Source: Antedon mediterranea (taxonomy: Eukaryota; Animalia; Echinodermata). From it: a stretch of 64,000 nt of DNA. The notes below the pieces were generated by a model. The model saw only the letters and a list, made by a program, of their open reading frames with translations, was not told the DNA's origin and made no database searches. Below are positions 13,644 through 26,801 of the stretch, piece after piece. Every line of letters starts with the position of its first letter. Position 1 is the stretch's first letter. A program made the translations under genes and the position numbers. The DNA lies in NCBI RefSeq assembly GCF_964355755.1, contig NC_092676.1, forward strand, positions 3,325,888-3,389,887, in the 5' to 3' direction.

Positions 13644-14243
13644 TAATGCTGGTTGGACCAAAAATAGATCGGAAATGAAAAATCGGAACATAAAGGCTTG
13701 CTTCTAATAGTGTTCTCTATGTCTTGTCGTCACTTGGAGGGTAAACATATTATTATGTACACTTCTCTCCCAGGCATTCTTTTTTTTGCTAAATCTTCTA
13801 TTTACAAAATCAATTGTATATTAATTAAATACTTAGATTTGACACAAAAATGAAACACCAGCTTGTAGGCTGCAGGAATACTGGAAAGCTCTCTCTAAAA
13901 GTTCATCTTTATTACCATAAAAAAGGATTTTTTTCTCACTACAAACTATATAAAAGAGTAGGTGATTGTTTGCAGTTTTTTATTTTCACTGGAGTTTCAT
14001 GATTTGAGGTATGGTTTTTGCAAATTTTATAACTAAAAGCTAGGCTGCAAAGTTGAAAATCAAGCATACCTATTTCTGAAGAACAAAGGAATAAAGCCAG
14101 TATTGTAACCTACTTGAAAAGTGTTATGTAAGAAGTTCTGGGCTGGACAAACTAAGCCTTTGTTTAAATTCGCATCCTGTTTATATTGAACTGACTCATA
14201 GGCACAAACAAGCCCACTGCCCGTTTTAAACTTGACTCTTACA

Positions 14244-15641
14244 ATGGCAAATCTCATATCTAATAGCCTGGTGTGTCCAGCTAATCGGACATTTGACAAT
14301 GACGATGAAGAATCAATTTTGAAGGAATTCAGGGATTTAGAGCTATCTATCTTAAGTATGCCTTCTTATTTAACAACACCCTCGGCTTCCACACCAATTA
14401 AGCGATTTACTAATAATCCCAGAACATTTGATGCTGCTACGATTACTTCTTCAGTTGAGATTCGTGAAGTTTCTACACAATCAATTGCAACAAGAACAAC
14501 CAATATAGTTACCCAAACACCCGAGCACTGGGATCTGACACCCTCCTTAAAAAACAAAGTGAAAAGTAAGGATGACACAATAAATGATCTACGGAGACAA
14601 ATACACGATCTGAAAACTGTTCACGCTAACTTTGCCCAACTTTCGACATCTTTTAAGGAACTAAGTGAGAGAAATGAACACCTTGAGGCACAAATTACTA
14701 GCCTACGATCAGAGCTTGATGTAAAACACAACACATTTTATCAGCCTATTCATAACTGTTGCCAGGAAATAAGTCTGAATGGTAATGATCACGAGATCCA
14801 AACTAGTAACCATTTTGTTCGACTGGCAGATGAGCTCCCCACTTTACCTGAGCCGTTAATTCCTGAATCTGATCAAGCCATCCAAAACTCAACATACAAC
14901 GTCCAAAACAATGATAATGCATCTCACACTGTGAATACAACAAATTTGATAATCGGAGATTCCATGTTGAAACTAATTAAAACAAGAGGTCTAAGTGATA
15001 CATCAGTCAGGACAAAGCGAGGCTTTACTGTTAGTCAACTTTACAATGCTGTAACACATATGAATCTGGAAAATGTTACTAACATAATAATTCATGCTGG
15101 AACAAATGACTGTAGTCGAGAAGATTTTAACATTAGCAAACTTCACAAAGACTTTCTTCAAATAACAACATATTTGCAACAAAGGATATCTGGAAAGGTG
15201 CTCGTCTCGGGAATCTGTCCTCGTCTTGACAATACAAATTTTAACAGACAAATTGCTGAAGCAAATGATATGCTCCAAACGGTTTTTGGCCATATGTACA
15301 TTGACCATACCAACTATTTCACAGATGCTCACGGTGTACATTCAAATTACTTTACAAGACATGGCCTACACCTCAACCAGAAAGGTACATCAGTCCTACT
15401 AAGAAGTATTAATAGAGCAGTGCAGGTAATACGTACACCAGCGAGACAATGAAACCCAGAAGGCAAACAACGATACTTATCTGTTTCATCCTTCAACCAG
15501 GAAGCTCTGAATCCCTGCTTCAACTGTGGTGAGAATGGACATGTGCAGAGGATATGTCGTCATAAAGCACCGATTACATGCTGGAAATGTAACTCTGTAG
15601 GAGATAAGGCTAAGTTTTGCCAAGCATTTTATGATTACTAG
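14244..15641 (+). pseudogene. LINE ORF1: coiled coil, SGNH esterase and two CCHC knuckles, with one in-frame TGA at 15450
   Basis: SGNH blocks LIIGDSM, HAGTND and RHGLHLNQKG. Reading in frame past the TGA gives CFNCGENGHVQRIC and CWKCNSVGDKAKFC, ending at TAG 15639-15641. Confidence 0.8.
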
Positions 15642-15674
15642 GAAATAGGCAATGAGGGTTTAGCCGTAAATTCT

Positions 15675-16845
15675 ATGATTAATGACAATGAATTAGAACA
15701 AAATCCCCATGACGAGGTGGACACTCAACAAACTTATATAAATGATATTATACCACCTGGAGTTGCCTCAAATTTAACGTATACGATCAATTCAAATAAA
15801 AATGAAACAATTAACTATCAACATAACTGTTCGCTAAATGAACATAATAATTTAACTGAAAATTGTAAAGTATTTTTAAATAATGGTCTAAGTATCCTAG
15901 GATTGAATATAGTTTCTCTACCAAGCAAATTTGATGATCTAATCAACAACAATTCTATTGATATCATAGCACTCAATGAAACACGTTTAGATAATGTAAT
16001 TAAAGATGAATCGATACACATTGATGGCTATGATATTTATAGAAATGACAGAAATAGGGAAGGGGGAGGGGTTGCAGTTTATGTAAATAGAGGAGGATGT
16101 TTTACTTGTAAACTAAGAAATGATTTCATGAAAATGGAGCTTGAGATAGTACTAATCGAACTTTGTAAACCAAAAACTAAACCAATCATTTTAATAGCAT
16201 GGTACCGCCCACAAAACTCAAAAATTCAACTTTTAGATATTTTTGAACAAATTTTAGAAGAAAACGAATGTCTAAACAAAGAAATAATAATAATAGGAGA
16301 TGTCAATTGTGACACACTTTCACAAAACCCTACTTGCTATACACAAAAATTAATGGATATAACTAATAACCATTTTCTAACACAAATTATAACTGAACCG
16401 ACAAGGATAACAAACCAAAGTAAAACTCTGATTGGTCATTTTTATACATCCTTTCCAAACAGAATTTCTTCCTCGGGTGTCCTTAACACAGGAATTAGTG
16501 ATTATTCAGCTATTTACGCTGTCATTGGTAAAGAAGAAAAACCAAAACATAACCATAAATATAAAACAAAAAGGAACTATAATAACCTTGATGAGGAAAA
16601 ATTACAAATTGATATGTTAAATGTAAATTGGCATGAAATAACTTCATATACAAATGTGAATGACGCTCTGAAGTTTTTTGAAGACAAGTTTTTACAAATT
16701 GTTAATAAACATGTACCTTTAAAGAAAAAACGGGTTCGAAATAAAGATAGCCCATGGCTCACAAAAAATGTAATATTACAAATGCGAAAACGTGACTCAA
16801 TGAAAAAAAGAGCAAGTAAAGAAAATTGTCCTCAATTATGGAACG
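15675..16845 (+). pseudogene. LINE ORF2, 5' part (apurinic endonuclease)
   Basis: Motifs IIALNETRL, RNDRNREGGGVAVY, WYRP, IIIGDVN, TEPTRIT, ISDYSAI and SPWLT. Ends at the Gypsy target site GAACG. Confidence 0.88.
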
Positions 16846-19132
16846 TGTAGTATATGCACGCGCACATATATATATGCGTACTGCGCATATGCTCTGACGA
16901 GTTTAGCCTACAAAACGTTCTATACAAAGATACTATAGCGCCACGAAGTGGCGCAAGATAGGGAACTCCTATCTCTTATACACTGCGCATGAGTGAAATT
17001 CCATGGGCAGCCATTCCGGCAAGCAAGTTACGCGATCACATACCCCGGAAGTGTATAATAAACCATTGAACCACATCCACGTGTGACGTGTTATTGTTTG
17101 TTCGGGAAGTTTTCTCGTGTTGTATTGGGTAAATTGTAGTGGTAAGTTTTTAGAATATATATTTTTTTGTTAGTAAACATTAACAAAATTATTAAATTGT
17201 TGTTTAAATTTAGTTCAGGCAGGCGTTTCTGCGCAATCCGATCTAGGCCTAGGGCCTAGATAGTAGTATGCCTAGTAGGCATATTTAATGCCGAATACTA
17301 GGCCTAGGCCTAGTTTAGTTAGTATGATGATTAATAAAAAAAAGTATGGGAGGATGAATGATATTGATTGGCGTCTTGATAGATGGATCAAACAAGGCTT
17401 GGATGGATGGAAGATTAAGAAAAAAACTGAAGCTGTTCGGGAATTAGGAGTTTTTAATAAAAATGTACAAGACAATATAGCGTTTTATTAATAATAACAT
17501 TAACAGAAATAATTAAATGTAATGAAATAAAAAATCGTGAGGATGTTATTGTTTGTTTTTTTTTTATTTAATAAATTTAAATTATAAATTTGATCCTCAT
17601 ATTTATTTTGTTCTTCATCTTTATTTGAAAAATATTTAGTTAATTAATGTAAACATTTTTGAATACTTACAATATTAATAAATAGTAGGCTATTGACTTT
17701 TGTTTTGAATTTAAAAATGTATAGTATTTTAAAATACTATAATATTGTAATCAAATGATTATGTAACAGTTCGAAAAGTGACCAAATAATTTAATGATAT
17801 ATTTTTCCCTATTTCAGAAAGATGTCTGTCATCATACTGTAAAATTGAGAAGATAGATGATTGAGTGCAAAGTGGTATTTTACACAAGAATTAAATACAA
17901 AGGCCAATAGTAATAATAGTTTATATTTTTGATTCTTGAAAAGGAGCAGTATCCTATGGGATTACAAATAAAATCACTATTTTCACACACCTCATACTTT
18001 AAAGTGAAAGGAAATAACCAGAATTCAGTTATTATCAGTACTGTTGTTTAGGCCTATTGGCTTCTTTTTAATACAAGAAATCAAAATAATAGAATTTTCC
18101 TTGTATTTAAGAAGGCTAAAACCATACATTCGTAATTTATTTATTGAGTGTATTTAATTATTCCACCATTATTTATTAATATTGTATAAAGCGAGATTTT
18201 TCAGTATTTTTATTGCATTTTAATCCTGTCTGTAATATTGAAAGTTGAGCTAATAAAAGTGGGTTGAAAAGAACAAATTATGATTATGAATTTTTAAAAT
18301 TAATATTTAATACTTTTACTTTTTTGAAATTAAAAAAAATGTAACAATTGTTTTTGTATCTAGTAATGTATGTACAGTATACTACAGTTGTGGCAGATCG
18401 TAGTAAAATTCCCCTTGCAATGAAATAACTTTGTAGGCCTGAAGCACACAAAATAGAAAGAGAGGGTCCGAACAGGGGAAAGAACATCCCTCTGCCCATA
18501 AATTTTTTTTTTTTTAATTAAAAAGACAGTTTTGGACAATATATTTGGCAATTATTACAATTCATCTCCAAAAAATGCTTCTCTCGCACATAAACTAAGC
18601 CATCATCCCAGCCTAGGCCAAAGGCGGCCGACCTTGGGCGTGAAGTGCGTAGCATCGCGCTGCGCGCCGCGACACTATTTATAACTATGCCTCAACCGAC
18701 TGCCTACAAAATTCGTCCCCCATACAGTCAGTGTTTATTCTGTAGCCGTTTGAGGTTGGACAGTGATATACGCATATGTAAGTGTAATATCAAATGGAGT
18801 AAATTTATATAATCGAATTTTATATAGATGTTCTTTCATTTTGACGCGAAAGATAAAATAAAGTCGTACTGTTTATCGCGTAGATGTAAATCCTATTTGT
18901 TTACATTGATTTGGTGGCGTGCCGCATTGCCTACTGGGTAATCCGCTTGCCGGAATGGCTGCCCATGGAATTATCATTTTTCGAGCGTCAGTTCCATATC
19001 TTGCGCCACTACGTGGCGCTATACGATCTTTGGTTCTATACTATTGTTCATTACTAGTTGGTTTCATTAAATACGTTCATTATTATACTCATCTCAACGT
19101 ACTTATTAATTTGTCTACGACGATACACGACA
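16846..19132 (+). repeat. 5' LTR, split (16846-16924 and 19033-19132) by a DNA transposon
   Basis: After removing 16925-19032 and one TSD copy, it matches the 3' LTR apart from a small ~3-nt indel (cattactag versus catgactactag). Confidence 0.92.
16925..19032. mobile_element. Non-autonomous DNA transposon with 8-bp TSD (P-element or hAT-like)
   Basis: ~43-bp imperfect TIRs caaagatactatagcgccacgaagtggcgcaagatagggaact and agttccatatcttgcgccactacgtggcgctatacgatctttg. A second inverted block aattccatgggcagccattccggcaagc lies at ~16997 and ~18945. TSD GTTCTATA at 16917-16924 and 19033-19040. No transposase ORF. Confidence 0.9.
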
Positions 19133-19133
19133 C

Positions 19134-19146
19134 TGGCGACGAGGAT
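19134..19146 (+). promoter_or_regulatory. Primer binding site, complementary to the tRNA-Ser(GCT) 3' end
   Basis: TGGCGACGAGGAT starts 1 nt after the LTR end and matches the reverse complement of the eukaryotic tRNA-Ser(GCT) 3' end (...ATCCTCGTCGCCA), recalled from memory. Confidence 0.8.
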
Positions 19147-19307
19147 ACAGGCACATTTACATAGAGAGAAACGGAAGTATAATAATATTATAAAACTAGG
19201 CCTAGGCTAGCAGTTTTTGATTTTCCAACAACGGCAACCGTAACCAAGGAACCGCACAGGCTAATAACGATTCTGAGCGCCCTGAACGTACAGAGCGAAG
19301 CGCGGTA

Positions 19308-22302
19308 ATGGCAGCGGCTAATACCAGAATTCTATTCGAGGAATTCTACGTCCAGGATGGAGACATAGATACGTATGTGGACAGGCTGGAACAATATTTT
19401 GTGGCATTAGATATCAATGACGGAGGTAAGAAAAGAGCGATATTATTGAGTAGTTTAGGAGAGACTGGATACACAACGATACGAGATTTGTGTTTTCCTG
19501 ATAAACCAAGTACAAAATCGTACGATACGCTCACAACCAAGCTCAAAGAGCTTTATAAACCTACTCGAATAACGATTTCTGAACGATTTATATTCAGAAA
19601 TGTAAAACAGACACCGGGACAGACTATTTCTCAATTTGTATCCCATCTAAAGAAAAAGGCGATACATTGTGGTTTTGAAGGAGAGGCATTGGAAAACGCA
19701 CTGCGTGATCAGTTCGTATGTGGACTAATAAGTCAGAGCATCCAAAAGAAATTATTGACAAAGAACCATACGTTCAAGGAAGCAACAGACATAGCCATAG
19801 CCTCGGAGGCAGCAACAGCGAATATGAAAAGTATGTCGCACGATGTGGACAAGCCAATCAACCACGTTACGTCTAACAGCAGGAAGTCTACGAAAACTTA
19901 TCAAGCGTCAAACCTAACACGAACGCAGAAATGTGACCGCTGTGGTATGAACAATCATACAAGAGATACGTGTAAATACAAAAACGCTACATGCTTTAAA
20001 TGCAACAAACAAGGACACCTAAAATCAGAATGCAGGCAGTCGAGTAAATCAACAAAACAATATAAACCTAAATCCATCAAGCAAGTAGAAGCACCGGATT
20101 ACGACGAAGGTAATGACGATTTTGTAGATACAATGTTTTGCGTAGGCATTAAGCAGGACAATTCGGTACCACCAATAACGGTACAGATGCGAGTTGATGA
20201 TATAGATATTGATTTTGAAGTAGATACGGGCGCAGCAGTATCGATAATTAGCTTTGACGATTACGAAAGCAAGCTTAGCCATCTACCATTAAAGTCAGTA
20301 AAACGTACACTTCACGCATACACAGGTACTAAGCTCGATATAGCAGGAGAAATTAAAGTCACCGTGAACTATAGGGGCCAGAGTAACGTTCTCCCACTGA
20401 TAGTAGTGAGAACACAGCGACGAAACTCACCACCCTTGCTTGGAAGAACCTGGTTAGAAGTGATTAAGTTGGACTGGAAGTCATTATTTCCACCATCGCT
20501 TGCTCAGAATTCGGTAGAAATAGATAACGATGTCGGTCAGTCATTCAAACGGAAGTTCCCAGAAGTTTTCCGAACGGAATTAGGTACGGTTCAGGGACAC
20601 AAAGCGACATTACATCTAAAAGTGAACGCAATCCCAAAATTCTGCAAAGCTCGAAATGTTCCATTTGCGCTACGCTCCGCAGTTGAGGTAGAGTTAGACA
20701 GAATGCAAAACGAAGGAGTTATTTATCCGGTAAACTTTAGTCAGTGGGCAACCCCATTGGTATGTATTCCAAAGGCCGATGGCAGGGTACGTGTCTGCGG
20801 AGATTATAAAGTAACAGTCAACCCGAGTTTAAATTGCGACCAATATCCAATTCCGACCCCAGAGGAAGTTTTCACCAAGTTGGGAGGTGGAAAGCGATTC
20901 TCTAAGATTGATTTGAAATGTGCGTACCAGCAGTTAGTACTGGAAGACGAGGCGCAAGAGTTGGTAACGATCAACACGCACCGCGGATTATATCGATACA
21001 CGAGGTTACCGTTTGGTATTTCGTCCAGTCCAGCCATATGGCAGCGATTCATAGAACAGGTGATAGCAGGACTTAAAGGAACATGTGCGATCATGGACGA
21101 TGTTCTTGTTACAGGTGCGTCTGATAAAGAGCATATTAGTAATCTTGAGAAACTATTTGAGAGATTTAACAAGTATGGTCTCAGAGTGAAAGCGGAGAAA
21201 TGCGCGTTTGTACAAAAGGAAGTAGTCTACATGGGACGTAAGCTATCAGCAGCAGGAATTCAACCGACAAACGATAAAGTGAAAGCCATCAAGGATGCAC
21301 GAGCACCACAGAATGCAACAGAACTAAGATCCTGGCTAGGACTAGTTAACTATCACGCGTCATTTATTCCACGATTATCGACGATGATACATCCTTTGAA
21401 TGAGCTGTTGGGAAGCAAACCATGGTCATGGACTGTCGACTGTAGTAAAGCGTTTAACGCGGTAAAGCGAATTATTAGCGAAGACATGATGTTGACGCAT
21501 TATGACCCATTAAAACCACTGGAACTATACACGGACGCATCACCATACGGAGTTGGCGCAGTCATTTGCCACGTAAACGAGAACAATATCAAAACACCGA
21601 TCGCGTACGCATCGCGAAGCCTGCATAAACACGAAAAGGGTTATGCACAACTAGACAAGGAAGCCCTAAGCATCATGTTTGGACTTCAAAGGTTTAGAAC
21701 ATACTTATACGGACGGAAATTCACGATAAGAACTGATCATAAGCCACTTGAACGCATTCTAGGACCTAAATCAGCTATTCCGACACTGGCCGCACAGAGA
21801 TTACAGCGATGGGCAATCGTGCTGTCAGCGTTCGAATACGATTTAAAGTTCATTCCTGGAAAACAGAACGTAATTGCCGACGCACTCTCACGTCTCCCAA
21901 TGTCATACGAAGGACGGGAAGACGATGCAGTATATAACATAGCGGGGCATACATTAGACAATTTGCCAGTCACGAGTACGAACGTACAACAGCATACCAG
22001 GAAAGACCCGCTATTGAGCAAAGTGTTATACATGGTACAGACAGGTTTATGGCAGTCAGAAAACGACGACGATCTAAAACCATTCCTACACCGAAGAGAC
22101 GAATTGAGTGTAGAACAGGACTGTTTGCTGTGGGGATACAGGGTAGTGATTCCACCGAAACTCAGAGGGGCAGTTCTGGAGGAGCTTCATTGTGCTCACC
22201 CCGGAATCGTGCGTATGAAAGAGATTGCGCGAAGTCATGTCTGGTGGCCCCAGATAGATTCCGACATTGAACGATTGGTGAAGCAATGTCAAGCATGTCA
22301 CC
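19308..22302 (+). CDS. Gypsy gag-pol, 5' part (Gag with 2 CCHC, aspartic protease, RT, RNase H, integrase HHCC)
   Basis: CDRCGMNNHTRDTC and CFKCNKQGHLKSEC; FEVDTGAAVS; RVCGDYK, IDLKCAY, RLPFG, IMDDVL; TDASPYGVG, TDHKPL, ADALSRLP; H..HPG..CQAC. Confidence 0.93.
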
Positions 22303-24460
22303 CACATTCATTTAGACTAGACAAAAAGTAGTGAGCCCTCTAGCGGTCATTTGTGATTTCTGAGATTCATCGAAGCGCGACAACATCACCCGGAAATGAT
22401 GTGAATTTAAAATTTTAATAGGGGTTAAACTCTTTTAACCAATTGAAAGCCTTAAATTATAGTTCCTTATGAATAATTCATGAGAATAATTAAAGCAAGG
22501 GTTGAAGAAGCATGTGACTTGGTTTTTGGAACAGGATAGCAGTTATGATCGTGTCAGGTAATCATTGAATTTGCTCTTCTTTTTGTTAGATTTTATACGG
22601 TTTTTATCAATAATAATATTGTACATTTTTACGAGACCATAAAAAAATTCCTCAATTTTTGAGTAAACGAGTGACTAAATAAAAAGTTACTATGTAATGT
22701 AAATATTCGTTTGACAAAAAATGGGCATGTTGATATTTTCAGGTATTTTTTAAATGGCGATTGAAATAGGTAAACAAATCACATGTATAACGGTGGTTTG
22801 TGCGAAGCTGGGCCTAGCCTTGATGGTCCAACGCGTACTGTGTGTTAATCAATGCGTATAAGATACACACGTAGTCGTTTAGGCCAATTTTTTTACATGT
22901 TTATTTATTAATATTAGGCCCCATTCTCATTTATTTTAATTAATGTACTGAATGTACCACACTTTACAACTCTATATAAATTAGATTTTGTACTTGTATT
23001 AAATTCAAACGTTTTATGGGATTTAAAACATTAAGCTAGGCCTTGTAGTAGGCCTAGGACCACATGCTAGGTTTTTCAGCCTAATTTATCATGCAGTATA
23101 CCTCTAGCCCATCTTTCAAATACATATTTAAATTAACATACTTTTTATATTTCTATATTTTTTATAGGATCTGACTCCAGAAAACATTTGCATCACTTGA
23201 AAGCAGCTATTTATGGACAGCATGTTGACATTCAAAAAAATGTGACCAGCTCTTATTAATTAAATGTCTTTTAAATTAAAGGTTTTCATTATAATGAAAT
23301 GTACGGTGACAGAAATTTAAATGATTCTCATAATTGAGGTTTCTCATAGATTTAATATTGAAGGTAAATAAATAAATAAAGATGTTTGTTATTCTTGCCT
23401 TTAGAAATAAACATGTTGTTAGTACTATATTATTAGGCCTAGGCCATTATACAAATTAAAACTAAAAAATACAGTAATCATATTTAAGGCCTACACACAG
23501 TACCTTACTTGATTTGATTTTTTTCAAATATTTAATTGATGAAATAAATGAGTTTGACTTTTCAATTAGTTGCCATTTTATTAGTTTCTGTGTGTTTTTA
23601 TTTATATTCTTAAAACAATTGTATACAACAACTTTAAAGTATTGCGCAGAAGTGATCAAATTATAGTAGGCCTATTTGTATGTTATTGTCGCTTAAAATT
23701 ATGCAGTTAAAGTATTTGATTTTAGGGTGACAGACACGGTTAGGCAAGAAAAGAAATAAATTTGGGAATTTTGTTCTGCGGTAAAAACAATTAAACATAA
23801 TTTACCCCTAATGCATGTAAATGTAGAAAACATTTGCTTATGTTAGCGCGACCGAAACTCGCTACTGGGAATAGAGCCTGCAAAAGCGACGCGTACACAC
23901 CTACTCGGGCACCGGCGGAGCGCGATCGATAGTAAATATACCCGATTTCAAATGATCATAAAATTCTTTTAAAAAATATCAACATTTTGATTTTTTGAGG
24001 ATTAAAAGTAAAGATATTGAAATTTAACATAATATTTACAAATATGTATTTAAAAATTCGGAAACAATTTTAGCGTGATATTAAAACAAACTTTTTAGAG
24101 TTCCGCGATTTCCTACGCAGGATTTGTTTGTTTTCATTGTTAATGGGCGAATGTTACCTAAACTAGAATCGTTATAAATCTTTTAAATTTGTATTATAAG
24201 TAATTTCTTTAGTATTCTTAGTAACATAGAATGTCTCTAATTAACTAGCAGTTATTTATACTAACTATTGTTCAATAATAAGCGTGTATGAAGTGAAAAT
24301 CTATAGTAATAATGTTCTTAGTCAGTTCGTCTCGCTCGCGTGAAGTCTTCGGGTTTCTCAATACAATTCTCAGCGGTAAAGATAGGCTCGCGCTAATGTT
24401 TAAATCAAAAGCGCTCTCAAAACACTTTTTGTCCAAAATTCGCAATATGACGTGAGTGTG
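22303..24460. mobile_element. Non-autonomous DNA transposon with CAC...GTG ends, 4-bp TSD and asymmetric RSS-like termini
   Basis: TSD CACC at 22299-22302 and 24461-24464; removal restores integrase CQAC-HQTQSRP in frame. Left end is CACATTC-11 nt-ACAAAAAGT; right end (reverse complement) is CACACTC-21 nt-ACAAAAAGT. Confidence 0.88.
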
Positions 24461-24464
24461 CACC

Positions 24465-25456
24465 AAACACAAAGTCGACCAAGCGTAGCACCAATGATGC
24501 CCTGGATCTGGCCAAATCAGCCTTGGACACGAATACATATTGACTATGCGCAGAAAGATAAACGAGATTATCTAGTAGTGGTTGACTCATATTCGAAATG
24601 GCCAGAAGTCGTTCAGATGAACAGTACGACGAGTGCAGCGACCATCAAAGCGATGAGAGAGTTGTTCAGTAGATACGGATTGCCTGTTCAACTTGTAAGC
24701 GATAATGGACCTCAATTTGTTAGCGACGAATTTGAATTCTTCTTAAAGCAAAACGGGGTGAAACATGTAAAGGTTGCACCTTATCACGCCGCAAGCAACG
24801 GAGCAGCAGAACGAATGGTTCAATCTTTCAAAAGATCGTTAGCGGCAAGCCGAGCTAATGGGAAGGATTTCCAACAATGTTTGGACAGATTTCTTTTATC
24901 GTATCGCACAACAAAACACGCAACTACGGGACAAACGCCAGCGAAGTTATTCATGGGCTGTGAGTTGAGAACGCGAGTATCACTTTTACATCCCAGTACA
25001 GAAAACAAGGTACTTAACAAGCAGAGTGATCAGAAGCTTCATCACGACAAAACGAAAGATCTACGAGAATTTTACCCAGGTGAAATGGTATTAGTGAAAG
25101 ATTTCCGACAAGAGGGAAAGTGGTGGCCAGGTACCGTGATAGAACGTACCACTCCAAAATCATACGTAATTAGTGTTGAGGATGGCCGAGTGTGGAAAAG
25201 ACACATTGACCAGTTGAAAGCGACAGACGCGGACGCTTACGCGAGTAAAACCCCTACTTCACATAGCGAGTTGGAACACAAGATTAAACAGACAGTACCA
25301 ATAACGATTGCGAGCGAAACGATTGCGAACAAAGAGCAAACATCCACCAACCAACCGGTTGAAGAGGAACATAGATTGTCTTCATCGCCTGAGGTTATTC
25401 CACGACGCTCCACGCGACTTCGAAGGAAGCCAACACGACTTATCGAAGAGATATAG
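24465..25456 (+). CDS. Gypsy pol, 3' part (integrase catalytic core and C-terminus)
   Basis: PWTRIHIDYA, VVVDSYSKWPE, LVSDNGPQF, YHAASNGAAERMV, TTGQTPA, and terminal PRRSTRLRRKPTRL. Confidence 0.92.
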
Positions 25457-25686
25457 AACTTGTGAACAATGTTATTATTATGAACGTTAAAGTTATGTTG
25501 TTCATGTTTTTACACAAAATTATAATGGTGAGAATTACTCACATTTGTTAATTATTATGAGGAACCAAATAAGAACTATCTGGAACTATAGAAGCAGTAA
25601 TTTAATCACGATGATTAACCTATTTGATTAACAAAATAATTAACGAAAGTTTATTGTGCTTATTGATATCATGTTAACGTTAAAAT

Positions 25687-25699
25687 AAGAAAGGAGGAG
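25687..25699 (+). promoter_or_regulatory. Polypurine tract
   Basis: AAGAAAGGAGGAG immediately before the 3' LTR. Confidence 0.85.
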
Positions 25700-25873
25700 T
25701 GTAGTATATGCACGCGCACATATATATATGCGTACTGCGCATATGCTCTGACGAGTTTAGCCTACAAAACGTTCTATACTATTGTTCATGACTACTAGTT
25801 GGTTTCATTAAATACGTTCATTATTATACTCATCTCAACGTACTTATTAATTTGTCTACGACGATACACGACA
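25700..25873 (+). repeat. 3' LTR (174 bp)
   Basis: tgtagtatatgcacg ... gatacacgaca, followed by TSD GAACG. Confidence 0.95.
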
Positions 25874-25878
25874 GAACG

Positions 25879-26801
25879 AATACCGTGAATTAAAAAACAA
25901 AGTAACTTACGATATCAGGAGATCAAAAAAAAATTATTTCTCTGAACAATTAAATACAAAAGATTCCAAAATAATCTGGAAAAACATAAGATATATTGTA
26001 CCATCTAAGAATAAAAAAAGTGTTATAAGTAGTATAAATACAATAAATGGCCTTGAAACAGATTCTTACAAGATAGCTAATACTTTAAATGAGTTTTTTG
26101 CAAACATAGGACCTAACCTAGCTAAACAAATTCCTCAATTTGAAAATAACCATGTAAATTATGAATACCCAAATCAAGGTGAAGACAAAATAAATTTCAC
26201 ACTTGTTGACGAGGAATATGTATAATTATAAACAAATTTTATCATTATCTGACAAAAAGGCTACAGGAACTGATGAAATTCCTGCTAAACTAATAAAATT
26301 AGCAATCAACTCAATTGTACAACCCATTACATTTTTAATTAATTTATCTCTAAGAACCAGCGACTTCCCAAGTAAATGGAAAAATGCACGAATATGCCCA
26401 ATTTTTTAAAATGGCGACCGAAGTGAACCATCTAACTACAGGCCAATTTCTGTACTACCAATTTTATCGAAAATTATTGAACGCGCTGTCTTTGACCAAC
26501 TCTATCCACAAATCAACCCTAAATTATACAATCAACAATCTGGATTTAGGCCAAATTACTCGACATCATCGGCATTAATAAATATAACTGAAGATTGGAT
26601 TGACAGTATTGAAAATGGTAAATACATAGGACTAATAATGCTTGATCTCAAAAAAGCTTTCGACACTGTTAATCACATGGAAAAGAAAAGTTTCTCGTAT
26701 TCTGGCGCAAAGCTATGGAATAGTTTAAATGCTATAAACTCAAATGCAATTACAGCTCCTAATATACATATATTTAAAAAAATGATAAATGACCAAAGAT
26801 A
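25879..26801 (+). pseudogene. LINE ORF2, 3' part (RT N-terminus with frameshifts; catalytic core deleted)
   Basis: Resumes in frame after the TSD (WN|EYRELKNKVT). Contains KATGTDEIP, KWKNARICPIF, NYRPISVLP, QSGFRPNYST and DLKKAFDTVNH, then jumps at ~26676 directly to the C-terminal KSFSYSGAKLWNSL. Confidence 0.85.

Larger units (their letters stand above)
16846..25873 (+). mobile_element. Ty3/Gypsy LTR retrotransposon (Mag-like), full length with two nested insertions
   Basis: TG...CA LTRs; 5-bp TSD GAACG at 16841-16845 and 25874-25878; PBS and PPT present; single gag-pol ORF. Confidence 0.95.

Noticed and set aside
12921-13840. 65-bp direct repeat (~12922-12988 and ~13775-13840) as the LINE's TSD
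   Set aside because: Both copies lie upstream of the LINE and none is at its 3' end, so it is a local duplication.
16891-16920. CTGACGAG in the LTR resembling a hammerhead core
   Set aside because: No GAAA box follows a valid stem II.
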